Sequence record: NC_041975.1
Direction: 5' to 3' (one strand)
Length of the DNA stretch: 64,000 nucleotides
Position numbers and translations under genes: made by a program. Shown piece after piece: positions 43,996 to 53,099 of this stretch. The notes under the pieces were generated by a model that was given only the letters and a program-made list of their open reading frames with translations, was not told the origin of the DNA and did no database searches. Position 1 is the first letter of the stretch, and each line of letters begins with the position of its first letter.

Positions 43996-44466
43996 ATGCA
44001 TGCAATCACAACCGGCACCGTCGCTATTCTGATCTTCATCACCTTCTTGTTTATTTCAGAATGGCGATTAAAGGTAAGTAAGAACCTTATCTTCAAAGAA
44101 GTCACCCGAATCGCGTACTCAATTATTCGCTACACTGACGTCAAGCAGATCACCCCGGAGATCTACCTTATTGCAGCGGAGTTACAAAACCGCATGGTAA
44201 AGGTGGGGAACTTCAGCGTGACTGAGAAGGACCGAGAAGTCGCCATGACGATTGCCAAGTACATTTCAATCTTTGGCAACCAGCGGGTGCGTGATCCGGT
44301 TATCCTGTTGCACGTGATCGCCAGACGGCTAAATGAGTTCGATGGGATATCCGCTAAATCGCTGGTCTCCACCAATGGCCGCCTGGAACTCGTTATAGGG
44401 CGTGATGACGCCACAGACTATGATCGGGTCATCTATCGCTTCAACTCCCCGCAGACGCTCTTCTAG
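43996..44466 (+). CDS. Membrane-anchored hypothetical protein
   Basis: AGGGA RBS; N-terminal TM. Confidence 0.7.
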   Translation: MHAITTGTVAILIFITFLFISEWRLKVSKNLIFKEVTRIAYSIIRYTDVKQITPEIYLIAAELQNRMVKVGNFSVTEKDREVAMTIAKYISIFGNQRVRDPVILLHVIARRLNEFDGISAKSLVSTNGRLELVIGRDDATDYDRVIYRFNSPQTLF

Positions 44467-44502
44467 GCCGGCATAAGGGGCAGGGTTTCCCCCGCCCACT
44501 TA
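44467..44502 (-). terminator. Terminator with TTATGCCG tail on the minus strand
   Basis: Minus strand reads GGGCGGGG..CCCTGCCC-CTTATGCCGG. Confidence 0.7.
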
Positions 44503-45141
44503 TTAACTGGTTAACCGTGCTTCGTAATCCGCAATGATCGTGCGTAACTGGGCAATGGTGTTGTTGGCTTCCAGCAATTGTGCGTGTTCCGTTGTCCGGC
44601 GTTTAATGGCGTTCAAACGGTTCTGTTCAGCCAATCGATATTGCTCAGCCGTCACAGCATTAGTAGAAGGGGCCACCGCAATCGCAATGGTAGGTTCTAT
44701 CCCAATCAAATCACTGATCGCTGCTTTAATCACATCTTGTGTTTGTTGCAATTGATCAATGATCGCCGACGGTACTGCACCCAGCGACATCGACATGACA
44801 ATGTACTGATATTGAATTGCCGAGTCATCAGGGAACTGGGTGATGTACGTACTGGGGATGTAGATCGGGGTACGACCTACCGCGCTTAAGGTGATGATGT
44901 TTGCCGCCACCAATACATCCGCATCCATGTCCGCTTGCTTTAACCCCACCGGGGTATAGACACGCGCCAGAATGTCCACGCCTAAAGCCTGGAGCTCCTG
45001 GAAGGTACGAATGGCTTGCACGGTATAGATCACACCTGGATCAACCCGAGCAAAATCCGTGACGTTAGCAGCACCCATATACGGGGTGGCGACTTTGAAC
45101 AACCCCTTCGTTAGAATGGGTGGGGTTAATGACGTTGCCAT
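44503..45141 (-). CDS. Probable virion structural protein (phiKZ-like core)
   Basis: AAGGAG RBS; C-terminal coiled coil; position next to RNase H. Confidence 0.6.
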   Translation of the reverse strand: MATSLTPPILTKGLFKVATPYMGAANVTDFARVDPGVIYTVQAIRTFQELQALGVDILARVYTPVGLKQADMDADVLVAANIITLSAVGRTPIYIPSTYITQFPDDSAIQYQYIVMSMSLGAVPSAIIDQLQQTQDVIKAAISDLIGIEPTIAIAVAPSTNAVTAEQYRLAEQNRLNAIKRRTTEHAQLLEANNTIAQLRTIIADYEARLTS

Positions 45142-45151
45142 GGACTACTCC

Positions 45152-46465
45152 TTATGCGTACAGTGACTCAACATAAGGTTTCGCCACGACTAAAAACTTA
45201 ATACCATTAACAGACTTCGCTGCACAGATTACACCGTCACGCACCACGCGGGAGATCTCTGATGGCAACTCACTGAACTCCGACATGGTCTCAGCGGCAA
45301 TCAGCATCTGTTGCATGGCAAAGATAAACGCCTGGGTGTCTGGTGAGATACGGTCAAACTCCACATCGTCAGACGGCAGCAGGGCGTAATCCGGGTAGAG
45401 CTCTTTCAGCTTGATCTGACCGCCGCGGTTAGTCGGTTTCGCCACGCTGTAGAGTGCCAGGGATTTGTGCAATGCCGGGAAGACCTGCAGTGACGCTTTG
45501 ATGTGATCAGCCGGATACCACTTCATTACCTTGGTCGGCATCTCCAGCATTGTTTCGTAATCCACAACCGGAGAGTTGGTGCCCGCTTCGGTGGTTTTGT
45601 TAGGAATGCTATAGGAGCGCCAGTCAGGTGCAATGACATACTCGATCGGGTTAAAAAGATCAGGGATGACCAACGCCCACTCATCTTCACCGAACTTTGA
45701 GTTCGCCAGGATATCGGCTTTCAGCAACTCATAGATCGCATCATCGTTGTTACCGTTCTTACCGTAACCGACGATGGTGAAATATCCCGTCTGCCATTTA
45801 CTGGTATTCTCTTTGTCGTAGATCTTGAATTCAATATCACGGACAAAGGTCGGCGGATTAATGCCCATGATGGCATTAATGTTCTTGGCGATATCGCCTT
45901 TCGTTACCGAATCGATTGCAGTTTTTGCTGTTGCGTAATCTTCGTGCAACACATCAATTTGGCTCAATGGGACAGGATAGTCAGCAAAGAGTTCATAGCG
46001 CGGGTAGCTCAGCTCGAACGACTCATCAGATAACCAAATCTTGATGGTGTTGTCATCGCTGCCACTCAGTTTACCTGAGACCCATTCAGGCGCCCAGTAC
46101 TTACCGTCAGTGATCATGTCACCGATTGCTAAGTTTTCCCATGACGTATCGAAGTCTGCTTTGATCTGCTGCAGCGCAATCGTCTTGTCATTGGTGAAAC
46201 GACCATCAGCAATACGCACGAGCATCCACGCCTGCAAACTAAGGATTGCCAGACTGTAAGTATTCGCTAATTGGAACGCTACGTTATTCTCATCAACTGC
46301 TGTGAAAACAAGTAGAGCAGTACCTGGTTTATCCGTGTTAGTGTACGTCCCAATATCCCGTGAAAAAGACATTGAGAGTTGCGATATTTCGCCAATGGGG
46401 TTAGTAACACCTTTCTGGTTGTTATTCAGTGACGGATACACCGAAAACCCTAAGATCGTTTTCAT
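45152..46465 (-). CDS. Probable virion structural protein (phiKZ-like core)
   Basis: AAAGGG RBS before ATG 46465 (MKTILGF). Confidence 0.6.
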   Translation of the reverse strand: MKTILGFSVYPSLNNNQKGVTNPIGEISQLSMSFSRDIGTYTNTDKPGTALLVFTAVDENNVAFQLANTYSLAILSLQAWMLVRIADGRFTNDKTIALQQIKADFDTSWENLAIGDMITDGKYWAPEWVSGKLSGSDDNTIKIWLSDESFELSYPRYELFADYPVPLSQIDVLHEDYATAKTAIDSVTKGDIAKNINAIMGINPPTFVRDIEFKIYDKENTSKWQTGYFTIVGYGKNGNNDDAIYELLKADILANSKFGEDEWALVIPDLFNPIEYVIAPDWRSYSIPNKTTEAGTNSPVVDYETMLEMPTKVMKWYPADHIKASLQVFPALHKSLALYSVAKPTNRGGQIKLKELYPDYALLPSDDVEFDRISPDTQAFIFAMQQMLIAAETMSEFSELPSEISRVVRDGVICAAKSVNGIKFLVVAKPYVESLYA

Positions 46466-46543
46466 AGCTCGCCCTTTACATGGGATGGGATTAAGATACA
46501 TAACATTTAACACAGTGTACGAGGGCCTGTAGGGAGACGAGAC

Positions 46544-46951
46544 GTGTTGTGGTTAAAGCTATTCTTTTGGAGTCTTCCTTTCATAAAAAAGCGGTCAAAG
46601 ACTTTCATGGCCGATGGAGCGACTCGTTATAATGCATCGAAAAAAGCACGGGGTTGGTTCTACGCTATTTCGATGTCATTCTTTCTATTCCTTGGCATCC
46701 TTACCTGGGGCTACCGCCAGTATGACTACCTGTCCAAACAGAACCGTCATATGACTGAAGAGATCTCCCAGCTTAAAGGTCGCATCAACATCTACCCTAC
46801 TCTTTCTGATACAATTGAACAGAACCGTTTGTTATTGACACAAAACCATGATCTTGCAGAGGAACTCATTAAAACTCGTCAAAACAATAACGAGTTATAT
46901 AAAGAGAACCAAAAACTGCAAAGTCAGCTTGAAAAAGCATTAGGTAAATGA
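46544..46951 (+). CDS. Membrane-anchored coiled-coil protein
   Basis: AGGGAG RBS; TM followed by heptad repeats. Confidence 0.7.
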   Translation: MLWLKLFFWSLPFIKKRSKTFMADGATRYNASKKARGWFYAISMSFFLFLGILTWGYRQYDYLSKQNRHMTEEISQLKGRINIYPTLSDTIEQNRLLLTQNHDLAEELIKTRQNNNELYKENQKLQSQLEKALGK

Positions 46952-47025
46952 TGAACACCCGTTTTGGTAATTTATTACGTAGTTGATCAATTATAAGAGA
47001 GATATTGTTTATTCGAGGGTGTTTC

Positions 47026-48546
47026 ATGGACAAGTTACCAAGTACCGCACTGCCAAAGGTATCAATGGTTTTATACACCGATGGCGGTTGTCGTCAAAAC
47101 ATCGGAGGCTGGGGAATACATGGTTATTCCTGGCTGGTTGAAGACGATGACAAAAAGAAAAAGAAAAAGCCGGCGCGTGACGTTCCGTCAACGACTGGCT
47201 ACATTGTAAAAGACGATCCGAAACTCGACAGTCGTGAAGTGGTCAGGCCCCACGAAGTGATTGAAGGGTTCGGAGGGATTTTACCTAACACCACGAATAA
47301 CGTTGCGGAACTCACAGCAACTATTAATGGTATTGACTTAGCACTGCAGCAGAACACAGAAAAGCTCCTCGTCATCTCCGATTCCAAATATGTCGGCGAC
47401 AATGCAAAGAACCAATTGCATCGTTGGATGAAAGCCGGCTGGAAGAAAGCGGATGGCGGGGATGTTGCCAACAAAGAGCTGTGGGAAACCCTCAGCAGCA
47501 AACTTGATGAGCTGAAATACCGCGGTATCTCGTTTGACATCGAATGGTTGAAAGGGCATGCGGGTCACCGTGGAAATCAGTTCGCTGACTACATGGCAAC
47601 CCGTGGTGTCTTTAAAGGCCGTGTTGGTGACGCTACCCCGTATTATCAGATCCAGGATGCCGGTGAGTACGATAAGTACAAAACTGAACGTCCGCGCTTT
47701 GTCACGCACTCGCGCTGGTACTTCACGTTACAGACTGAAAAGTTGATGAACAAGAATGAACAGGGCTTGTACGAGTATTGCTTTGGCCACCCAAGTAAAG
47801 GGGACGCTGATCAGCAGTACTTAGGCAAAGCGTTAGCCGATACCGCCTTTAGCGTGGTGTGGTTGAAAGCACCTGAAGAGTGTTTGGATCTGGTTTATTC
47901 ACGCACCAAAGAGATCGCTACCGACGTTTACGGTAACGCCTTCATTGGTCGCTTGGATAACATTTACAACTCATTCATTCACAAAGAGATCATGGACTAC
48001 GGCGGGTCGTTATTGCAACGTGCGAATAAGTACAACAATGACATCACCAACTGTACCGATGCTCAAGTGGTGCGTGAGTGTAACCCGCCAGGTATCTCTT
48101 ACCGGGCACTGTCGAATTTAGGACAGCTTAGTAAGATCCTGAATGAATTTGTCAGCGACAGTTTACCTGCGACAACCAGGGTGGTAGAGATTACTGACAA
48201 AATCTACCAGACCGTGAAAGGTAAGAAAGAAGATAAGCTGGCATTGCTCGGTTCGATTCGTCAAACCGACAAAGCGCTCAAGTTCGATGTACCGTGTGAT
48301 GTACTCGACAAAGCGATCTCCGTCGAAGTTACAGCCACGCTTGGATTGACCCTACCCAACCGTAATACGTTAAACGGTCTTACGGAACTCAATCCAAAGG
48401 TATACCTGTTCTTGACAAAAGAGTCCGACATTGCATTTCGCTACGGATCGATTGTGGTATGCGATGAAGGGTATTGCATCATGGCCAACGTATACGCTGA
48501 CCTGCGTACGCTGTCAAAAAAGGATCTGGAGCGTTGCGGGCAGTAA
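47026..48546 (+). CDS. rnhA: Ribonuclease HI (long phiKZ-type)
   Basis: LYTDGGC, TNNVAEL, VISDSKYV, VANKELWE, WLKGHAGHRGNQFADYMA. Confidence 0.92.
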   Translation: MDKLPSTALPKVSMVLYTDGGCRQNIGGWGIHGYSWLVEDDDKKKKKKPARDVPSTTGYIVKDDPKLDSREVVRPHEVIEGFGGILPNTTNNVAELTATINGIDLALQQNTEKLLVISDSKYVGDNAKNQLHRWMKAGWKKADGGDVANKELWETLSSKLDELKYRGISFDIEWLKGHAGHRGNQFADYMATRGVFKGRVGDATPYYQIQDAGEYDKYKTERPRFVTHSRWYFTLQTEKLMNKNEQGLYEYCFGHPSKGDADQQYLGKALADTAFSVVWLKAPEECLDLVYSRTKEIATDVYGNAFIGRLDNIYNSFIHKEIMDYGGSLLQRANKYNNDITNCTDAQVVRECNPPGISYRALSNLGQLSKILNEFVSDSLPATTRVVEITDKIYQTVKGKKEDKLALLGSIRQTDKALKFDVPCDVLDKAISVEVTATLGLTLPNRNTLNGLTELNPKVYLFLTKESDIAFRYGSIVVCDEGYCIMANVYADLRTLSKKDLERCGQ

Positions 48547-48556
48547 AGGGTGACTT

Positions 48557-48913
48557 GTGACCACGTTATTCGCCGGTGCACCAACCAAGCTTCCGATGAT
48601 GGACCTGTCTGCGATCATTGATCCAGATAAGGATATCGAGTCTCGGCTTAAACGGAAACTGTTATTAACTTTCGTTTGTCATTGTCGACGTCCTCGTGCG
48701 AGTGCAGATGAGCTTAACCGCACACATGCGCTATGCGAGGACTCGGCAGACGTTGAGCAGTGTCTTGATTACATCTCGCGCATGGGTCCTGAGTTCAGTG
48801 AAGCTTACGATGGTGTTGATCTTGAATGTGTGATGGATATCATCGGGCGTACGCCTGAATGGCTCCGTTACGGATCTGCTATTGAAATGTGGACAGACCT
48901 CAAGCAGTTGTAG
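48557..48913 (+). CDS. Hypothetical protein
   Basis: AAGGGTG upstream of GTG start. Confidence 0.65.
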   Translation: MTTLFAGAPTKLPMMDLSAIIDPDKDIESRLKRKLLLTFVCHCRRPRASADELNRTHALCEDSADVEQCLDYISRMGPEFSEAYDGVDLECVMDIIGRTPEWLRYGSAIEMWTDLKQL

Positions 48914-48955
48914 GGCATAAGAGGAGGGCGTGAGCCCTCCTCTACTTTATGCTGC
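48914..48955. terminator. Bidirectional terminator with TTATGC tails
   Basis: GGCATAA-GAGGAGGGC-gtga-GCCCTCCTC-TACTTTATGCTGC. Confidence 0.85.
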
Positions 48956-48962
48956 TTTTTTT

Positions 48963-49760
48963 TTATTTGACTTCTTTTGCCAACTTCACTGCAGTGTTGT
49001 TCAGTGCCGTTCCTGTTGAAATGAACAGGGTATGACAAACACTATAGAGATCAGCCGCACGGGCCGTAGACAGCAGCGTCTTCGCCAGGTTGTCGATATC
49101 AGCCTTACTGAGTACCAGTTCACCAGACTCAATCTGACTGAAGACCAGATCAGACAGTTCCGCCACGCGTTTCACCGCCAGGTTGAAATTGTAGATCTGC
49201 CCACGCTTTAACATCGCCACGAGCTTATTAAAGTCAGTGTAGACGTTGGTGAATTCCGTCAGGTTTGGGAAGCGGGCGGCGAAGCTGATATCAGTGACAT
49301 CTTTTCCACCCAGTGATTTACCCAACATCGCTTCCACTTTACCCAGGATAGCCTTGTCCACGTTCGGGGCGTACGCCACACTGGCATTACCCGCAGAGAC
49401 ACCCGCGAGCCAAGAGTGCAGCTTACTGATGTGGGTCGACTCCAGCATGGTGCAGAAAGCCCGGGCGGTTGCCAGGTTCTCAACCCATTCCTGATAGCTG
49501 ACATTCAGACGCGCCGGTTGATAGATCATGCGATCCATGAAGTCAGTGTAGTTGTGAGATGCCAGCGCTTTGGATAACGGGCTGAGGTCAGCGGTGATCA
49601 GATCCTGTGCAGTGCCATACGCACGATCACTGAAGAACTTCTTAATGCCATCAAAGAAGTTGCGGATGGGGGCAATAATGTTTAATGCTTCGAGGCCGGC
49701 ACCGGTTGACTCACGCAGTTCCTGGTAGTCGGCTTCGAGGTTTTCAATGTTGTACGACAT
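48963..49760 (-). CDS. Virion head protein with propeptide
   Basis: GAGLE-ALNII processing-like site; located between RNase H and UvsX as in phiKZ-like phages. Confidence 0.6.
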   Translation of the reverse strand: MSYNIENLEADYQELRESTGAGLEALNIIAPIRNFFDGIKKFFSDRAYGTAQDLITADLSPLSKALASHNYTDFMDRMIYQPARLNVSYQEWVENLATARAFCTMLESTHISKLHSWLAGVSAGNASVAYAPNVDKAILGKVEAMLGKSLGGKDVTDISFAARFPNLTEFTNVYTDFNKLVAMLKRGQIYNFNLAVKRVAELSDLVFSQIESGELVLSKADIDNLAKTLLSTARAADLYSVCHTLFISTGTALNNTAVKLAKEVK

Positions 49761-49841
49761 ATGTACTCCGTGAGATAAAAGTAATCTGTTACATAAGATG
49801 ACTTATTATGAAGGTATTATTAATTAAAAGGACCGCACACA

Positions 49842-51227
49842 ATGTTGTCATTCGGTGAATTTGTTGAGAAGTCACGCCCTATTCGACCTTTCTTGAATAT
49901 CGGCGCGGGCTTTGATATCCCAACCGGTAGCTATCGTTTCGGTAAGCACGGTGAATCTATTCTTAATGGTGGTCTGGCACCATTCATTGCGATTGTTGGT
50001 AAAGGCAACACCTTTAAAACAGCGATCGGTTGTTTCATGATGACCCGCGTGCTGGAGCGCTACAATAACTCTAACGGCCTGCACTACGACACCGAGTGTA
50101 CGTTCAGTGCTGATCGTCTTACCAGTCTTACCAGTCGTCTGGGTCCGAATGCTGCTGCAGAGTGGCTGGCCAACGAACGTATCTACCTGACTGATGACTC
50201 TATCATTAAAGGTAACCAGTGGTTTAAGAAGTCGGTGCAGGAATACTCCGAAGCGAAGAAGAAAGCCAAAATGGGCACGCTGCCGTTTGTGGATAAAGAT
50301 GGGAATTTGATCCCGTATCCATACCCGACAGTCAACTTTGGCGATTCCATGTCTGAGATGAAATTCGACGATCTGGAAAAGAACTACGCCAAGATGGAAA
50401 TCGGCCAGGGTGAAATGCAAACGGAAGCCATGCGTGTGTCGAACGCCAAACGCATGTTAATCGAAAAGACCCAGGGTTACGCCAACGCCGGCGGCATGTA
50501 TGTCATCATGACAGCGCACTTAGGTAAAGAGCTGAACATGGATGGTAAACCACAAGAGAAGAAAACCACCTTTATGAAACAAGGTGACAAAATCTCTAAG
50601 GTGCCTTCACAGATCCTCTCTCTGCCAAACAACGCCTGGGAGATCTCTACCGGTACGGTGTTGATTGATAAGAACACCAAAGAGTGGATGTACCCGAAAC
50701 AGGGTCGCAATGACGTGGATACCAACGGTAACCCGGACATGATCACTCTGGTGGCGAAGAACCTGCGCGGGAAGAATGGCCCGTCTGGCGTGCCGTGGGA
50801 ATTCGTCATGTCACAGTCTGAAGGTCTGCTGCCGTCCCTGACAGAGTTCCATTACATTAAGAACAACGGCCGTTATGGCCTGGGTGGCAATGACCGTAAT
50901 TATTATGTTGAATTGTGCCCAGATATCAAGCTGCAGCGCACCACCGTGCGTGATCGCATCGACGACAACCCTGAGTTACGTCGGGCATTAGAGATCACCA
51001 TGGAGATGTGTCAGATGCGTTTCCTGTGGCACACCCGCGATCCAAAGTACAACATGACTCCTCAGGAACTGCGTGAAGGCCTGGAGAAGAAAGGGTACAA
51101 ATGGGATCAGCTGCTCAACACCCGTGGGTTCTGGACGTTTGAAGAAGACAACCATCCATTACCATTCTTAAGCACAATGGATCTACTCCGCATGTATCAT
51201 GATGAGTATCGCCCATACTGGCTGTAA
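49842..51227 (+). CDS. uvsX: UvsX/RecA-like recombinase (phiKZ-type)
   Basis: FDIPTG, AIVGKGNTFKT Walker A, HYDTE, DSMSE, GPSG. Confidence 0.85.
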   Translation: MLSFGEFVEKSRPIRPFLNIGAGFDIPTGSYRFGKHGESILNGGLAPFIAIVGKGNTFKTAIGCFMMTRVLERYNNSNGLHYDTECTFSADRLTSLTSRLGPNAAAEWLANERIYLTDDSIIKGNQWFKKSVQEYSEAKKKAKMGTLPFVDKDGNLIPYPYPTVNFGDSMSEMKFDDLEKNYAKMEIGQGEMQTEAMRVSNAKRMLIEKTQGYANAGGMYVIMTAHLGKELNMDGKPQEKKTTFMKQGDKISKVPSQILSLPNNAWEISTGTVLIDKNTKEWMYPKQGRNDVDTNGNPDMITLVAKNLRGKNGPSGVPWEFVMSQSEGLLPSLTEFHYIKNNGRYGLGGNDRNYYVELCPDIKLQRTTVRDRIDDNPELRRALEITMEMCQMRFLWHTRDPKYNMTPQELREGLEKKGYKWDQLLNTRGFWTFEEDNHPLPFLSTMDLLRMYHDEYRPYWL

Positions 51228-51307
51228 GTGTACCCACTGTGGGAGAGGGATAACCCTCTCCTTCTTATACCGTCAGTAGAGGGAAATAAGCTAATAGGAA
51301 GCAGTAT

Positions 51308-51727
51308 ATGCTTAACAAAGAAATACGCATTGTCGTTGCGTCGACTAAAGGTTTCAACGACGCAGAGCGTTTAAAACTGACTATTGACGGCCTCCTGGAA
51401 GATATCTACTACCTCAACGAAGGGGTAGGTGATGAGGACGAGGAGTTGATCACTGATGCCAAGATAGTTTTCATCACCAATGGCGAACACAAAACAGCGG
51501 CTGAGTTGCTGCCTGGTGTGTTGGGTGATCGGAACATCGACATCGAAGTGATCAAGGTTGATTGGTCAAAAGGTAAGAAAGCGTTTTTTGATAACTGCGC
51601 TGTATTGGGTGCGAAGTCGACCCACGGCGTCATTTTTACGGACAGCAAAGATGACGGGATGCAGACACTGCTGAAAGCATGTCTCGATGCCGGCTCACGC
51701 GTTCGTACTTATAGCTCTGCTATTTGA
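51308..51727 (+). CDS. SLOG/YspA-like (DUF2493-type) domain protein, divergent
   Basis: IVVASTKGFND, VIKVDWSKGKKAFFDN, VIFTD...GMQTLL; aligns by eye with the C-terminal domain of 52218. Confidence 0.6.
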   Translation: MLNKEIRIVVASTKGFNDAERLKLTIDGLLEDIYYLNEGVGDEDEELITDAKIVFITNGEHKTAAELLPGVLGDRNIDIEVIKVDWSKGKKAFFDNCAVLGAKSTHGVIFTDSKDDGMQTLLKACLDAGSRVRTYSSAI

Positions 51728-51741
51728 GAAAGGTAACCCCC

Positions 51742-52188
51742 ATGATAGCCTCAGAAGCTCACGTTAGTATACTTGACGTTAATGTCACCCACGTTATATG
51801 CACAGTTAATTGCGAAGGGCATATGGGTCGTGGCATAGCCTTGTATCTGCGTAAGTGTATTCCGGGGCTATATGAGCGGTATAAACACCTGTGCAGTTTA
51901 GGGATCATCACGGTAGACAAACTCTGGATCTACCCATCACACCCCCGTCAGATTCTCTGCTTTCCAACCAAAGATAAAACCTGGGAAGACAGCAAGCTTG
52001 AATGGATCGAAGCCAATCTCATAAAGCTTCGTGACAACTACAAAACAAAAGGCATTGTCTCTGTGGCGATGCCTCCTCTTGGATGTGGAAACGGTAACCT
52101 AAAGTGGGATGAGGTGCGGAGCCTCATTTATGCCATCTTGGGTGATTGTGACCTTGAAGTCCACATCTGTTTAGGTAAACCGAAGTGA
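51742..52188 (+). CDS. Macrodomain protein, DarG-like ADP-ribosylhydrolase
   Basis: TVNCEGHMGRGIA, CFPTK...SKLEWI, VAMPPLGCGNGNLKWDEV. Confidence 0.88.
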   Translation: MIASEAHVSILDVNVTHVICTVNCEGHMGRGIALYLRKCIPGLYERYKHLCSLGIITVDKLWIYPSHPRQILCFPTKDKTWEDSKLEWIEANLIKLRDNYKTKGIVSVAMPPLGCGNGNLKWDEVRSLIYAILGDCDLEVHICLGKPK

Positions 52189-52217
52189 GGGAAACACCCT
52201 GAATAGGAGCCAGTATT

Positions 52218-53099
52218 ATGTCTGATAACGCACACGTTTTACCCGATCCACGCGAAGATGGCAAGACGCACATCAACGTCTATAGCCGTGGCGCTTCCTG
52301 GTTAGGGCAGCAACTTTCTAATATGTCCTACTACGACTTCGCACATCCACGCTACGGTGTGTTCGCCTCGTTGGAGGGCTTCTGGTATTGGTTGTCTACG
52401 GGCAAGCAACACGAGGAGTTACGGAAGCTTGCCGGGGTCAAAGCGAAAATGACCGGCCGGGAGTTCGAGACGATCCCAAATGAAAACTTTGAAGAAGAGT
52501 TCAAAGAAGCCATGCGTCTGCGTCTGGAGCAACACCCGATCATCGCCAATGCCCTGGCTGAATCGTTACTGCCGTTAAAGCACTACTATTGTTACGGCGG
52601 GAAAGTGGTCGACTTGTATGACCGTCACAAATGGCAGATGGACTTCTACGAGGAGTGGCGTAAAGCCAACGCCCCCGAAGACACCACGTTGGTGCTGTTG
52701 ATCTCTGGCTCGCGTAAAGAGAAAGACTACGACGCCTTTAAGCACATCGTGATGACCTACCTGCAGCCGTATATCGACAAGATAAAGGACACGTACAAAA
52801 TCACCCTGCTTTCGGGGCTCGCCTGGGAAGGTCCCGATGACATGGCAATTCGTCTGTGTCGGGAAGAAGGCTTCATGTTGATTGGTCTGCCGGCTAAGTG
52901 GAAAGAGCAAGGTAAAGCCGCGGGCATGATCCGCAATGGTGCCATGGGGCGGTTGTGTAACAAGGCTCTGGTGTTCTGGGATGGCGAATCACCGGGGACA
53001 AAAGGGATGATTGATTACCTGAAGAAAAATACTATAGACCATCTTGTGTATTTACACGGTAAACATGAACCTGACTGGAAAGCCCCGGAGACATCATGA
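52218..53099 (+). CDS. NADAR-like N-terminal domain fused to a SLOG/YspA domain
   Basis: LSNM...F...G.FASLEGFW...AK..GR...LEQHP; C-terminal ISGSR, G.A.GPD, W...GKAAGMIRN, FWDGESPGTKGMI. Confidence 0.65.
   Translation: MSDNAHVLPDPREDGKTHINVYSRGASWLGQQLSNMSYYDFAHPRYGVFASLEGFWYWLSTGKQHEELRKLAGVKAKMTGREFETIPNENFEEEFKEAMRLRLEQHPIIANALAESLLPLKHYYCYGGKVVDLYDRHKWQMDFYEEWRKANAPEDTTLVLLISGSRKEKDYDAFKHIVMTYLQPYIDKIKDTYKITLLSGLAWEGPDDMAIRLCREEGFMLIGLPAKWKEQGKAAGMIRNGAMGRLCNKALVFWDGESPGTKGMIDYLKKNTIDHLVYLHGKHEPDWKAPETS

Noticed and set aside
46544-46951. Holin or i-spanin assignment
   Set aside because: TM plus coiled coil fits, but there is no embedded or adjacent o-spanin lipoprotein or endolysin, so it is left unassigned.
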